Counted from the first letter of the stretch, positions 9,582 through 19,701 are shown. The stretch is DNA of 64,000 nucleotides from Candidatus Scalinduaceae bacterium (GCA_046759445.1 JBHICG010000011.1:1-64000); one strand, 5' to 3'. Made by a program: numbers and translations. Notes: a model not told the origin generated them from the letters alone.

Positions 9582-10988
9582 ATGATCAAATTTCCCAGAA
9601 TAATGATAGCAGGAGCGAGTAGTGGCGTGGGCAAGACTACGGTTACCTTGGGCGTTATGTCTGCCTTAGTAAAGAAGGGGATGGTCATACAAGGATTCAA
9701 GGCCGGTCCGGATTATATTGATGCATCGCATCATAATTACGTTACAGGCAATGCATCTCGTAATCTGGATACATGGATTATGGGTGATGATATATGTTGT
9801 GAACTCTTTGAACATTCAGCCATTAAGGCGGATATATCTGTTATTGAAGGCGTAATGGGACTATATGATGGCAGTCTTGATTCAACAGGACGTGGTAGCA
9901 GCGCACACCTTGCTAAGGTCTTGAAAACTCCTGTCATTCTTGTAATTAATGCGAAGGGGATGGCACAAAGTGCAGGAGCTTTGGTACTGGGTTATAAGGA
10001 GTTTGATAAAGGCTTAAGACTTTCAGGAGTAATCATAAACAATGTGGCAAGTCTTAACCATTATGATTGTATTAAAGGGTCTATTGAAGAAACTTGTTCA
10101 GTTCCAGTGCTGGGCTATTTGCATAAAGATAGGGGAATAACTATACCAGAAAGACATCTTGGCCTGATTCCCTTTGCTGAAAAGAAGAGTCCTTCATCTC
10201 TTTATGCAAGACTAGGAGAAATGATCCTCAAGACAGTTGATATAGCCAGGTTAATTGGAGTAGCTCATTCAGCGGACGAATTGCCAAGTCATAATAAATC
10301 AGTTTTTCAGCATAAAGATACAGTCTGCGATGTAAAAATAGCGTTGGCAAAGGACGAGGCCTTTTGTTTCTACTATAATGATGATATTGAATTATTCGAA
10401 TCATTAGGTGCAAAGATTATTTATTTCAGCCCACTTAATGACAAAAATATTCCTGGTGATGTGGATGGCATATTCATTGGTGGAGGTTTTCCAGAGTTGT
10501 ATGCTGAACAACTTATGATGAATAGCAGTATGAAGAATTCAATATTAGACGCATCTGCACGTGATACAATTATATATGCTGAATGTGGCGGTATGATGTA
10601 TCTGCTGGAAAAAGTAATTGGTACTGAAGAAAGAGCATTTAAGATGTGTGGTGTATTAAGGGGAACCTCCAAGATGGAAAATAAGAGGCAGGGGTTGGGT
10701 TATGTAAACGTTAATGCGTTATGTGGCAATCTCCTTTGTAACGAAGGAGATACATTTCGTGCACACGAGTTTCATTGGTCAAGACTATTAGATGTTCCAA
10801 AAGGAACTATCTTTGCGTATGAGACAAGAAAAAGTAACGGACAACAAAATGGATTGGATGGCATATACAAAAATAATGTTATGGCATCATACACACACAT
10901 ACATTTTAGCAGCAACCCAAAACTGGCAAATAATCTATTACTATCAATGTCAAAAGCTTCAGGGAATAAAGTAGTATCAGCTTTATAA
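9582..10988 (+). CDS. cbiA: Cobyrinate a,c-diamide synthase
   Basis: SGVGKTT, FKAGPDYID, IEGVMGLYDG, PERHLGL, GGGFPE, YAECGGMMYL and HEFHWS. Confidence 0.95.
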   Translation: MIKFPRIMIAGASSGVGKTTVTLGVMSALVKKGMVIQGFKAGPDYIDASHHNYVTGNASRNLDTWIMGDDICCELFEHSAIKADISVIEGVMGLYDGSLDSTGRGSSAHLAKVLKTPVILVINAKGMAQSAGALVLGYKEFDKGLRLSGVIINNVASLNHYDCIKGSIEETCSVPVLGYLHKDRGITIPERHLGLIPFAEKKSPSSLYARLGEMILKTVDIARLIGVAHSADELPSHNKSVFQHKDTVCDVKIALAKDEAFCFYYNDDIELFESLGAKIIYFSPLNDKNIPGDVDGIFIGGGFPELYAEQLMMNSSMKNSILDASARDTIIYAECGGMMYLLEKVIGTEERAFKMCGVLRGTSKMENKRQGLGYVNVNALCGNLLCNEGDTFRAHEFHWSRLLDVPKGTIFAYETRKSNGQQNGLDGIYKNNVMASYTHIHFSSNPKLANNLLLSMSKASGNKVVSAL

Positions 10989-11121
10989 AACAATTTGACA
11001 GGATAAACAAGACTTTGAAGATTTATTTGTATATCTTTTAAATCATGTTTAGTACTAATAAATTTAATAGTTTTGCGCAGCAAAACAAGAAAAAATTAGC
11101 GATAGAAGGGAGCTAATTTTT

Positions 11122-11517
11122 ATGAAAACAGGCATAATTGTTCTTGCTCATGGAAGCAAGGTTAAGAGCGGTAACGAAGGGCTATTCAGGATAGTAGAAA
11201 TGTTACGTGCAATGGAAAAGTGGGACATAGTTGATGCATGTTTTTTACAACTTGCGAAACCAGGATTTTCTGAGGTTGTAAATAATATTGCAGAAAAAGG
11301 TGTGAAGAGGATTGTAGTTATGCCACTCTTACTGTTTAGTGGAAGCCACGTAATAAAAGACATCCCCGATGAAATAGAGGACGAAAAAAAGAGGTATCCT
11401 GAAGTAGAATTCCATTATGCAAATAGTCTTGGCGCTGATGAACGAATTGCACTGATTGCGGCAGACAGGATAGACGAAGCTCTTAGTCATGGCATGCAAA
11501 CATTAAATATTTCCTAG
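11122..11517 (+). CDS. cbiX: Small sirohydrochlorin cobaltochelatase (CbiX/SirB N-terminal type)
   Basis: 131 aa, LAHGS...PLLLFSGSHVIKDIP metal-binding His pattern; cob cluster context. Confidence 0.85.
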   Translation: MKTGIIVLAHGSKVKSGNEGLFRIVEMLRAMEKWDIVDACFLQLAKPGFSEVVNNIAEKGVKRIVVMPLLLFSGSHVIKDIPDEIEDEKKRYPEVEFHYANSLGADERIALIAADRIDEALSHGMQTLNIS

Positions 11518-11682
11518 AAGAAAATTATCATAGAATTAATATGTGTTTTTTTATTACAGAATTTAGACATTTAGCAAACCTAAAGCATGTTTTCAGACTA
11601 ACGGGCGCGAGATGAGCAGCTCGCTCCTGTTAGATTGCTATATAAAATCTTTAATAATTATGAGGTGTAATATACCGATTAA

Positions 11683-12663
11683 ATGAAGCTTAATGAATAT
11701 ACCAATAAAATTATTCTTCTACTATCATCAATATTTGTAACATTATTGATTTTTGAAGTAACTCTAAGGATTGCCGATTATAGTTACACACCCTTAAAAA
11801 TAAAAGTTAAAGGAACTGTGCATGATTGGAGGTTTCATCACTCTTTTGAAGACAAACATTTTGTTTATGATCCTAAGCTCATATGGCGTCCTAAAAAGAA
11901 TTATTCAATTTTTAATTCACAAGGATTTAGAGGAAAAGAACATTCAAAGGTTAAGAAAGCAAATGAACTTCGTATATTTGCTATTGGGGACTCTAATACA
12001 TTGGGATGGGGTAAAAAAGATGGCCCCAATTGGCCTATGTACTTAGAAGAACTTTTGACAAAAACAGGAAAGATATGTCGTGTAATTAATGCAGGTGCTT
12101 GGGGGTATTCTGTATTTCAGGGAGTAGAACGATTTAAAGAAACTCTCTCTTTTCAGCCAGACATGGTATTAATAAGCTTCGGAGCAAATGATGCCCATCT
12201 GGTTCATACTTCTGATGCAGATTTTCTCAATTTAAGAATGTGTAAATTTCCTCTTTATAAGCTAAAAATTGGTCAGCTCATTATTGCAACATGGGATAAA
12301 GTTGTTGATAAGGAATTGAATACTAATGATGAAAATCTGGTACATAGAGTTAGTTTACAGGAGTACAAAGAGCACTTAATTGAAATAATAAATATATCAA
12401 AGGAGAATAATATCATATGCATTTTGCTCACTCGACCCTTTATAGGAAAATCACATAATAAATTATGGTGGAAAAATTTTGCCCCGGATTATGTTGCTGC
12501 AACTATTGAAACTGGCGAGAGTAAAGGAGTTCCCGTAATTGATATATATTCACATTTTAAAGGTAAAAATGATTATTTTATTGATGAATCTCATTTTAAT
12601 GAAGAAGGGCATAAACTTGCCTCAAGGATATTATATCAAGAGATTAAGTTTTTATTACAATAA
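11683..12663 (+). CDS. SGNH/GDSL hydrolase family protein with N-terminal TM anchor
   Basis: Blocks GDSNT, INAG, GAND and DESH. Confidence 0.85.
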   Translation: MKLNEYTNKIILLLSSIFVTLLIFEVTLRIADYSYTPLKIKVKGTVHDWRFHHSFEDKHFVYDPKLIWRPKKNYSIFNSQGFRGKEHSKVKKANELRIFAIGDSNTLGWGKKDGPNWPMYLEELLTKTGKICRVINAGAWGYSVFQGVERFKETLSFQPDMVLISFGANDAHLVHTSDADFLNLRMCKFPLYKLKIGQLIIATWDKVVDKELNTNDENLVHRVSLQEYKEHLIEIINISKENNIICILLTRPFIGKSHNKLWWKNFAPDYVAATIETGESKGVPVIDIYSHFKGKNDYFIDESHFNEEGHKLASRILYQEIKFLLQ

Positions 12664-12714
12664 ATGACGTTAAAGTATGGATAATAAACTTTACGACCTA
12701 TTAGTTATATGTAA

Positions 12715-13392
12715 ATGTGTATGAGTTTGAAAAATCAAAAACAAACCAATGATTATTTAGAAAATCCACAGGATATAATTGAAGAGAGCTTTAGGATTAT
12801 TGATGACCTTGTTGATCTTGGCGCAATTCCGGAGACCCACAGACCAATAGTAAGAAGGGTAATCCATGCAACAGGTGACGTAGATTATGCTGATAACCTG
12901 ATAATACATCCAATGGCCGTTGAAAGGGGGGTAGATGCTATTACCAAAGGTAAATCGATAGTCACAGACGTAAATATGGTAAGGGCGGGTATCAGTGAAA
13001 AGGCCATAAACAGTTTTGGAGGAAACATAGTTTGTAAGATTGCGGATGACGCTGTTGCTAACAAGGCTAAAGATTTGAGCAAAACACGCGCTATTATGGC
13101 AATACAAGAATCTTTGACTGAAATATCAGGGGGTATAGTAGCAATAGGAAATGCTCCAACTGCCGTTTATGCGATGATTGATCTTATCCGAAGAGAAACC
13201 ATAATCCCTGCACTGATAGTAGCAGTACCAGTTGGTTTTGTAAAGGCTGCAGAATCTAAAGATGCGTTAAAGACATTTCTTGATAAAAAGAATGATCCTC
13301 AGATTCCATACATAGTAAATATTGGCAGAAAGGGTGGTAGCGCAGTTGCAGTCGCAATTATAAATGCCTTAATAGGTATTGCCAAAGAATAA
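12715..13392 (+). CDS. cbiC: Precorrin-8X methylmutase
   Basis: RRVIHATGD, TDVNMVRAGI, IGNAPTA, PVGFVKAAESK and GRKGGSAVA. Confidence 0.95.
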   Translation: MCMSLKNQKQTNDYLENPQDIIEESFRIIDDLVDLGAIPETHRPIVRRVIHATGDVDYADNLIIHPMAVERGVDAITKGKSIVTDVNMVRAGISEKAINSFGGNIVCKIADDAVANKAKDLSKTRAIMAIQESLTEISGGIVAIGNAPTAVYAMIDLIRRETIIPALIVAVPVGFVKAAESKDALKTFLDKKNDPQIPYIVNIGRKGGSAVAVAIINALIGIAKE

Positions 13393-13404
13393 AAGAGATA
13401 ATTA

Positions 13405-14496
13405 ATGAGAAAAGAAGATTTTCAATATGGATTCACAACTGGTAGTTGTGCCGCTGGTGCAACAAAAGGCGCTGCTTTTGGACTACTACAAGGAACAATA
13501 CCTGACTCTGTTGACATAAGTACACCGGCGGGTATTTCACTAAAATTAAGCCTGATTTACCGCCGAATTGGTCGCAGTTATTCTGAGTGTGCCGTTCGTA
13601 AGTTGGCGGGTGATAATCCTGATGTTACAAATGGTTGTAAAGTATTTGTCAGGATCGAAAGGTCAAAATCAAAAGGACTAAGGTTTAAGGGTGGAAATGG
13701 CATTGGTATAGTTACTAAACCAGGACTACAGATTTCAGAAGGTGAACCAGCCATAAATCCTGTGCCACGATCTATGATCAAAAAGGCGATAAGTGAGGTT
13801 CCTGGTGATTACGATGGAATTAAAGTTACTATAACAATTCCTGGAGGAAAGGAGTTGGCCAGAAAAACCTTTAACGAGCGGCTTGGCATAATCGGCGGTA
13901 TCTCCATTATAGGAACAACAGGGATTGTGAAACCAATGTCTTTAGATGCATTCAAGACATCTCTTCTGTGTGGATTGGACGTTGCAAAGGCATCAGGGCA
14001 TAAGACAATCGTGCTTGTTCCAGGAAGCATAGGAGAAAAAGGATTTCTACGGCATTTTAGCGTTTCTAAATATCAGGTAATGCAAATGAGTAATTTCGTA
14101 GGATTTATGCTCAATGAGGCTCTTAAACGTAGTTTTAAAAGGATAATACTGGCCGGACATCCAGGTAAGCTGGCAAAGTTGATTCGTGGTGATTTTTATA
14201 CGCATAGCTCCAAATCAAAACCGGCAAATGACATCTTAATCAATGTCTTCAAAAAAGAAAAAATAAGTTTAAGGCTGATTAACGAACTTGACGTTTCTTC
14301 AACGGTAGAAGGAATGATAGAGATTTTAAGGAAACATGATAAGCTGCACATATTCGATTGTATTGCGGATAAGATTCAGTCATCTGCCAACAGATTTATT
14401 TCTTCAAGAATAAAAATTGGATCAATTCTCTTTGATATGAAGAAAAATATTATTGGCGTCTCAAAAGGATTCAGAGATTGGCAAAAAAGCTTGTAA
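13405..14496 (+). CDS. cbiD: Cobalt-precorrin-5B C1-methyltransferase
   Basis: GFTTGSCAAG, AGDNPDVT, GEPAINPVPR, TFNERLGIIGGISIIGTTG and GHPGKLAKL. Confidence 0.95.
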   Translation: MRKEDFQYGFTTGSCAAGATKGAAFGLLQGTIPDSVDISTPAGISLKLSLIYRRIGRSYSECAVRKLAGDNPDVTNGCKVFVRIERSKSKGLRFKGGNGIGIVTKPGLQISEGEPAINPVPRSMIKKAISEVPGDYDGIKVTITIPGGKELARKTFNERLGIIGGISIIGTTGIVKPMSLDAFKTSLLCGLDVAKASGHKTIVLVPGSIGEKGFLRHFSVSKYQVMQMSNFVGFMLNEALKRSFKRIILAGHPGKLAKLIRGDFYTHSSKSKPANDILINVFKKEKISLRLINELDVSSTVEGMIEILRKHDKLHIFDCIADKIQSSANRFISSRIKIGSILFDMKKNIIGVSKGFRDWQKSL

Positions 14497-15125
14497 ATAA
14501 AATTAAAATTGTCGGCTGTGGTCCTGGCTCAAAAAAATATATGACAGGCTATGCCGTGCATCTCATAAAAGATGCCGATAGCATAATTGGTAGCAAAAGG
14601 TTACTGTCTTTATTCCCCGATGTAGAAGCCGATAAATATACACTAACTAAAAACTACAAACTACTTATAAAACAAATCGTTTCCCTGAGCAGACACAATA
14701 ATGTTGTTGTCCTTGTAAGTGGAGATCCGGGATTTTATAGTTATGCAAAACTCATAATTGATAAAGTTGGTATAGATAATTGCGAAGTTATTCCCGGTAT
14801 TAGCTCGGTTCAACTTGCATTCGCATCTATTGGAAAAACCTGGAACGATGCCTATTTCTTAAGTATGCATGGTCGAAGAAATGTTCTGTCCAAACTCATG
14901 CAAAAGGTTAAAGAGCACAAAAAAGTAGCAGTGCTAACAGACAAATCTAACAATCTGAAGCTTATTGCAAATGGATTACTAAATGAAGGGTTAAGTGACA
15001 GGAAGATATTTTTATGTGAAAATCTATCTCTAAATAAGCAAAGGATTCGCGAATTCAAAGCAACATCTATACAGAAAGCTAGAGTAAGCGGCTTGAATAT
15101 AATTATAATTTTAGATGAAAACTAA
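14478..15125 (+). CDS. cbiE: Precorrin-6y C5,15-methyltransferase subunit
   Basis: IVGCGPG, VLVSGDPGFY, IPGISSVQLAFA, SMHGR and ENLS. Confidence 0.9.
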   Translation: MAKKLVNKIKIVGCGPGSKKYMTGYAVHLIKDADSIIGSKRLLSLFPDVEADKYTLTKNYKLLIKQIVSLSRHNNVVVLVSGDPGFYSYAKLIIDKVGIDNCEVIPGISSVQLAFASIGKTWNDAYFLSMHGRRNVLSKLMQKVKEHKKVAVLTDKSNNLKLIANGLLNEGLSDRKIFLCENLSLNKQRIREFKATSIQKARVSGLNIIIILDEN

Positions 15126-15852
15126 AAAGTGTAAGAGTAATAAAACAGGACATTTCTACGGTATTGGTGTTGGTCCTGGAGATAATGAGCTGCTTACATT
15201 AAAGGCCGTTCGTATAATAAAATATGTAGACTGTATATTTGTTCCGAAAGCAGATTCAAAAGAGTCTAGTCTGGCATTAGAGATTGCTAGAGACGTGGTT
15301 ACAGGCAAAAGAATCGTTGAACAGGTCTATCCTATGGTTAGGGATAAAGCAAAACTTAATACCGCATGGTTAAAAGCCGCTAATGAGATTACATATGAAA
15401 TTGGATTGGGAAATAATGTTGCATATCTAACCATTGGTGACCCATTAACGTTTAGCACCTATTGTTACCTTCTACAACACCTCTCAAAACTAATTCCATC
15501 ACATAACATACACACAATTCCAGGAATTACGTCTTATAATGCTGCTGCATGTTTGGCCAATTTTCCACTAATAGAACAAGACGAAAAACTAGCCGTAGTT
15601 CCAATATCTAAAGACGTCAGCGAATTGCGTCCGATACTTAATAATTTTGAAACTATTGTGTTGATGAAGGTAGCAAAGAAGCTTAACGAAATAATTGAAC
15701 TATTAGAAGAGATGCGACTAATTGATCATTCCCTCTTTGCTTCATACGTTGGTTTTAAAAATGAATTTATTACTCACGACCTTAACTCATTGAGAAAAAG
15801 TGGTAAAGGATATTTATCTGTAATTATTGTCAAGAATCCAAACCATACGTAA
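15115..15852 (+). CDS. cbiL: (Cobalt-)precorrin-2 C20-methyltransferase
   Basis: YGIGVGPGDNELLTLKA, TIGDPLTFSTY, PGITSY and VLMKV. Confidence 0.92.
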   Translation: MKTKKCKSNKTGHFYGIGVGPGDNELLTLKAVRIIKYVDCIFVPKADSKESSLALEIARDVVTGKRIVEQVYPMVRDKAKLNTAWLKAANEITYEIGLGNNVAYLTIGDPLTFSTYCYLLQHLSKLIPSHNIHTIPGITSYNAAACLANFPLIEQDEKLAVVPISKDVSELRPILNNFETIVLMKVAKKLNEIIELLEEMRLIDHSLFASYVGFKNEFITHDLNSLRKSGKGYLSVIIVKNPNHT

Positions 15853-16066
15853 CACATCAAAATTAAGACTTCTTGAACCGTTATTTCCTATTGACTATAC
15901 AATATTAACTGTTATATAAACCATTCGAAGCCTATAATATTTTATAGTGTGAAATCAAAGACCTATTGTATATAGATTAACTCAAATATAAAGAATTACC
16001 TTTTTTTTGAAATTACAACTATGAAGGTAGTAATATTTCCAACTCATATAGACATAAACGAGTTAT

Positions 16067-16095
16067 TTGACCTGCCTAAAAAAAAAGCGTATGAT
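16067..16095 (+). promoter_or_regulatory. Putative sigma70 promoter for the TPR gene
   Basis: TTGACC-N17-TATGAT, about 45 bp upstream of a GTG start preceded by AGGAGA. Confidence 0.45.
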
Positions 16096-16141
16096 TTGCT
16101 AGACAATCTGATCATGAAGCAAAAATACCCAGGAGAATATC

Positions 16142-18457
16142 GTGAACGAATATGAATGGCTTAACAAAGGTATTGCCCTTGGTAAGCTTGAGGATTATAA
16201 AGGGTCGATAGAGGCTTACGAGAAAGCAATCGAGATAAATCCACTATATGCCAATGCCTGGTACGGCAAAGGCTATGCCCTTGACAATCTTGAGGATTAT
16301 AAAGGGTCGATAAAGGCTTACGAGAAAGCAATCGAGATAGATCCACAGTATACTGATGCCTCCTGGTACGCCAAAGGTATTGCCCTTGGTAAGCTTGAGG
16401 ATTATAAAGGGTCGATAGAGGCTTATGAGAAAGTAATCGAGATAGATCCACAATATGCCAATGCCTGGTACGCTAAAGGCTATGCCCTTGACAATCTTAA
16501 GGATTATGTAAAGGCGATAGAGGCTTACGAGAAAGTAATCGAGATAAATCCACAGGATGCCAATGCCTGGTACGCTAAAGGCTATGTCCTTGGCAATCTT
16601 AAGAATTATAAAGGGTCGATAAAGGCTTACGAGAAAGTAATCGAGATAGATCCACAGAACGCCAATGCCTGGTACGGCAAAGGTTATGCCCTTGACAATC
16701 TTGAGGATTATAAAGGGGCGATAGAGGCTTATGAGAAAGTTATCGGGATAGATCCACAGTATGCTAATGCCTGGTACGCCAAAGGTATTGCCCTTGGTAA
16801 GCTTAAGAATTATGAAGGGGCGATAAAGGCTTACGAGAAAGTAATCAAGATAGATCCACAGGACGCTGATGCCTGGTACGGCAAAGGTATTGCCTTTGGT
16901 AAGCTTGAGGATTATAAAGGGGCGATAGAGGCTTACGAGAAAGTAATCGAGATAAATCCACAGTATGCCAATGCCTGGTACGCCAAAGGTATTGCCCTTG
17001 GTAAGCTTAAGAATTATAAAGGGGCGATAAAGGCTTACGAGAAAGTAATCGAGATAGATCCACAAGACGCCAATGCCTGGTACGGCAAAGGCTATGCCCT
17101 TGACAATCTTGAGGATTATAAAGGGTCGATAGAGGCTTACGAGAAAGCAATCGAGATAAATCCACAGTATGCCAATGCCTGGTATGCTAAAGGTATTGCC
17201 CTTGGTAAGCTTGAAAATTATGAAGTGGCGATAAAGGCTTACGAGAAAGTAATCGAGATAAATCCACAGTATGCCAATGCCTGGTATGGTAAAGGCTATG
17301 TCCTTGACAATCTTGAGGATTATAAAGGGTCGATAGAGGCTTACGAGAAAGTAATCGAGATAAATCCACAGGACACTGATGCCTGGTACGGCAAAGGTAT
17401 TGCCCTTGGTAAGCTTAAGAATTATGAAGGGGCGATAGAAGCTTACGAGAAAGTAATCGAGATAGATCCAAAGGACGCTGATGCCTGGTATGCTAAAGGC
17501 TATGTCCTTGACAATCTTGAGGATTATAAAGGGTCGATAGAGGCTTACGAGAAAGCAATCGAGATAAATCCAGATGACCCTCTAGCATACAATAATTTAG
17601 GAGAACTTTTCTTTAAACTTGGAAATCTTGAAGGTGCTTCTAAAAAGGCAAAAGATGCACTTGAGAAAAATGAGAAACTTGTTTCTGCATTGAGTCTACA
17701 AGGAAGAACCGAGATTGAAGAAAAGAGCTATGATGCTGCAAGAACATCCTTTAAGAAAGCAATATCTCTGGAGATGGGTAATCCTATTCTCCTCCTCTGG
17801 TATTCTTATGCTAACTTTCTTAATGCAGAATTTTCTTTGGACTCAAAAAGTAAAAAGTACCAGGAAGAGATAGTCACAATTATAAGAAACTTGGAAAAAG
17901 CAGACATATTGTCCAAAAAACAAAGATATGAGCGAGAAATAAGAGCTTATATCCTGTATTTTTTAGGCACATTCTACCTTAAGAGTAAGGATAACCTCGC
18001 TGCAAAAGAAAAACTCGAAGAATGTATTAGGTTAAAACCAAAATCTATAATAGCAGCATCAGCTCGTGAGTTACTAAGTAATATATGGAACTATCATATC
18101 AGACCACCTTGGTGGCGCTGGTGGCTTTATTCTCCTTTAACTAAATGGTATAAGAGAATCGGATTTTCTTTTCTTTTACTGTTTATTTTCACATTGTTAC
18201 TGCTCCACCCATTTATTCCTGGCTGGTTTCCTTCTCTTCAAGTAAACTGGACCATATATATAGTTTTTATTGTATTTCTGGTCATCCTCTTAATATTACC
18301 GAGTATAGAACGCATCAAAGCAAAAGATATTGAAGTTGAACTGCACTCTCCTCCTCCCTTTAAGTCTGTTCTATCTCCTATGGTAATGGAAGAAAAAATA
18401 ATGAAGATTGAAGAAAAATATCCGGAATTTAAAACTATTAAGAGAAAGAAACTTTAA
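16142..18457 (+). CDS. Tetratricopeptide repeat protein with C-terminal two-TM anchor
   Basis: 14 near-identical 34-aa TPRs (AWYxKGxxLxxLxxYxxxIxAYEKxIEIxP), further degenerate TPRs, then PPWWRWW and two hydrophobic helices. Confidence 0.9.
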   Translation: MNEYEWLNKGIALGKLEDYKGSIEAYEKAIEINPLYANAWYGKGYALDNLEDYKGSIKAYEKAIEIDPQYTDASWYAKGIALGKLEDYKGSIEAYEKVIEIDPQYANAWYAKGYALDNLKDYVKAIEAYEKVIEINPQDANAWYAKGYVLGNLKNYKGSIKAYEKVIEIDPQNANAWYGKGYALDNLEDYKGAIEAYEKVIGIDPQYANAWYAKGIALGKLKNYEGAIKAYEKVIKIDPQDADAWYGKGIAFGKLEDYKGAIEAYEKVIEINPQYANAWYAKGIALGKLKNYKGAIKAYEKVIEIDPQDANAWYGKGYALDNLEDYKGSIEAYEKAIEINPQYANAWYAKGIALGKLENYEVAIKAYEKVIEINPQYANAWYGKGYVLDNLEDYKGSIEAYEKVIEINPQDTDAWYGKGIALGKLKNYEGAIEAYEKVIEIDPKDADAWYAKGYVLDNLEDYKGSIEAYEKAIEINPDDPLAYNNLGELFFKLGNLEGASKKAKDALEKNEKLVSALSLQGRTEIEEKSYDAARTSFKKAISLEMGNPILLLWYSYANFLNAEFSLDSKSKKYQEEIVTIIRNLEKADILSKKQRYEREIRAYILYFLGTFYLKSKDNLAAKEKLEECIRLKPKSIIAASARELLSNIWNYHIRPPWWRWWLYSPLTKWYKRIGFSFLLLFIFTLLLLHPFIPGWFPSLQVNWTIYIVFIVFLVILLILPSIERIKAKDIEVELHSPPPFKSVLSPMVMEEKIMKIEEKYPEFKTIKRKKL
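16157..17585 (+). repeat. Intragenic tandem array of about 14 x 102-bp units
   Basis: Recurrent blocks such as GGCTTACGAGAAAGTAATCGAGATA and GCCAATGCCTGGTACG every 102 bp; one unit carries an extra TCC codon. Confidence 0.95.
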
Positions 18458-19132
18458 AACATGTATCAAAAACAATAGAGAGCGTAAAAATAAAAGGAAG
18501 TTAGTCTATTATCGCAGCACAGAGTATAATATAAGAGAAGGATTGATTCTTGAAGCAGATTAGAATTTATGTTTGGATTGAACTCGCCATAAAACTTTTC
18601 AATAATAGCCTTATGTGCATAATAATATTATTGATTCATCCACAAGCAAAATGCCTAATATGGTAGGGGGGAAGTTAAAAATAATAGTAGGATCATTCAG
18701 TGGTGCTATTGAAGTAATATAATATTAAATCTAACACAAGTACCACCCTGTGAGTAGGGTGCGTTATTTACGGCTTAGGGTAAAAAGCTCCTTTCAAATG
18801 AATATGTCATTACACCATGTTTTTGGACTTGACAATAAATATTATTCCAGTATATATCTTGCAAAGACCTTTTGGACTTAGAAAACTATTGTTTTATAAA
18901 TCAATAATACTAAATGGTTAATGTTTTAGATTACTGTGGAGAGATAACCTTAAATAGGAAAACAAATGATCACATGATAATGTTTAGGAGCAGTGTGGGA
19001 GTATTTGATTTAAAAGAAAAACCTGGTGCTAATACGCTATTTTGTTTTTGGAGGAAGTGAATTAGATTTTGAAGGAAAAGGAGATCAAAGCATATTAGCA
19101 AAAGACATTATTAAAAAGAAAGGGAGGTAATA

Positions 19133-19423
19133 ATGGCTAAAAGTAAAAAAGCATTGTCCAGTAAGAAAAAAAACACGAAGAAAAAAGCTCCTGCCAGGAA
19201 AAAATATATCTGCTCTACGTGTGGGGGAGTTTCACCTTCAAAGGGACATCTGTGTACACCCGTTATCACTGATAAGGCTTATGCATGTGAATATTGTGGA
19301 AAATTGGTTAGTAGTCCCAGGCATGTATGCAAACCTAAAGCAATGAAAATAAGCTATATATGTAATCTCTGTGGTAGAGTTGCAGTTAAGAGAACAGAAC
19401 TGTGCAGTCCTAACAAGATATAG
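19133..19423 (+). CDS. Small basic Cys-rich protein with three CxxCG-x(7)-(H/E)xCxP motifs
   Basis: Strong RBS GGGAGG; Lys-rich N-terminus; CSTCG..HLCTP, CEYCG..HVCKP and CNLCG..ELCSP. Confidence 0.75.
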   Translation: MAKSKKALSSKKKNTKKKAPARKKYICSTCGGVSPSKGHLCTPVITDKAYACEYCGKLVSSPRHVCKPKAMKISYICNLCGRVAVKRTELCSPNKI

Positions 19424-19428
19424 ATAAA

Positions 19429-19610
19429 ATAACTCAACAGTCAAGTATAGGGTATCCAGGATACTCCGTAGTTTTATGAACAAAGGAAAGAGAACGAGAG
19501 AGATATTCAAGTAAGAATACATACAGCGCATCATAGAAAGCCCTTCAAAAAACATGCAGTGTTTTGCATGGTGCATTATTGAGAATCCCTCCCGCTTATT
19601 CCTTCAAAAC
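19429..19610 (+). pseudogene. Degenerate N-terminal remnant of a REP-associated (RAYT/Y1) tyrosine transposase
   Basis: Translates with a frameshift and a stop as QQSSIGYPG../MNKGKRTREIFK*EYIQRI...QCFAWCIIENPSRLFL, matching the RAYT pattern RxxYPGxxxHVxxRG...IF...AWxLMxNHxHLL with the HUH motif lost. Confidence 0.45.
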
Positions 19611-19701
19611 GTCATCAACTTCTTATAGAATCATTGAGCAAAACGTTTCTACTTAAATATATTTAGTAACCATTAAAGTCCATGAACAAAGTAGGAGTAA
19701 T

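Noticed and set aside
16244..17065. 273-aa antisense ORF with repetitive hydrophobic sequence
   Set aside because: Shadow of the tandem TPR repeats on the opposite strand
16157..17585. Possible DGR template/variable repeats or CRISPR in the TPR gene
   Set aside because: Repeats are in-frame coding units, variation is block-wise rather than adenine-specific, and there is no reverse transcriptase
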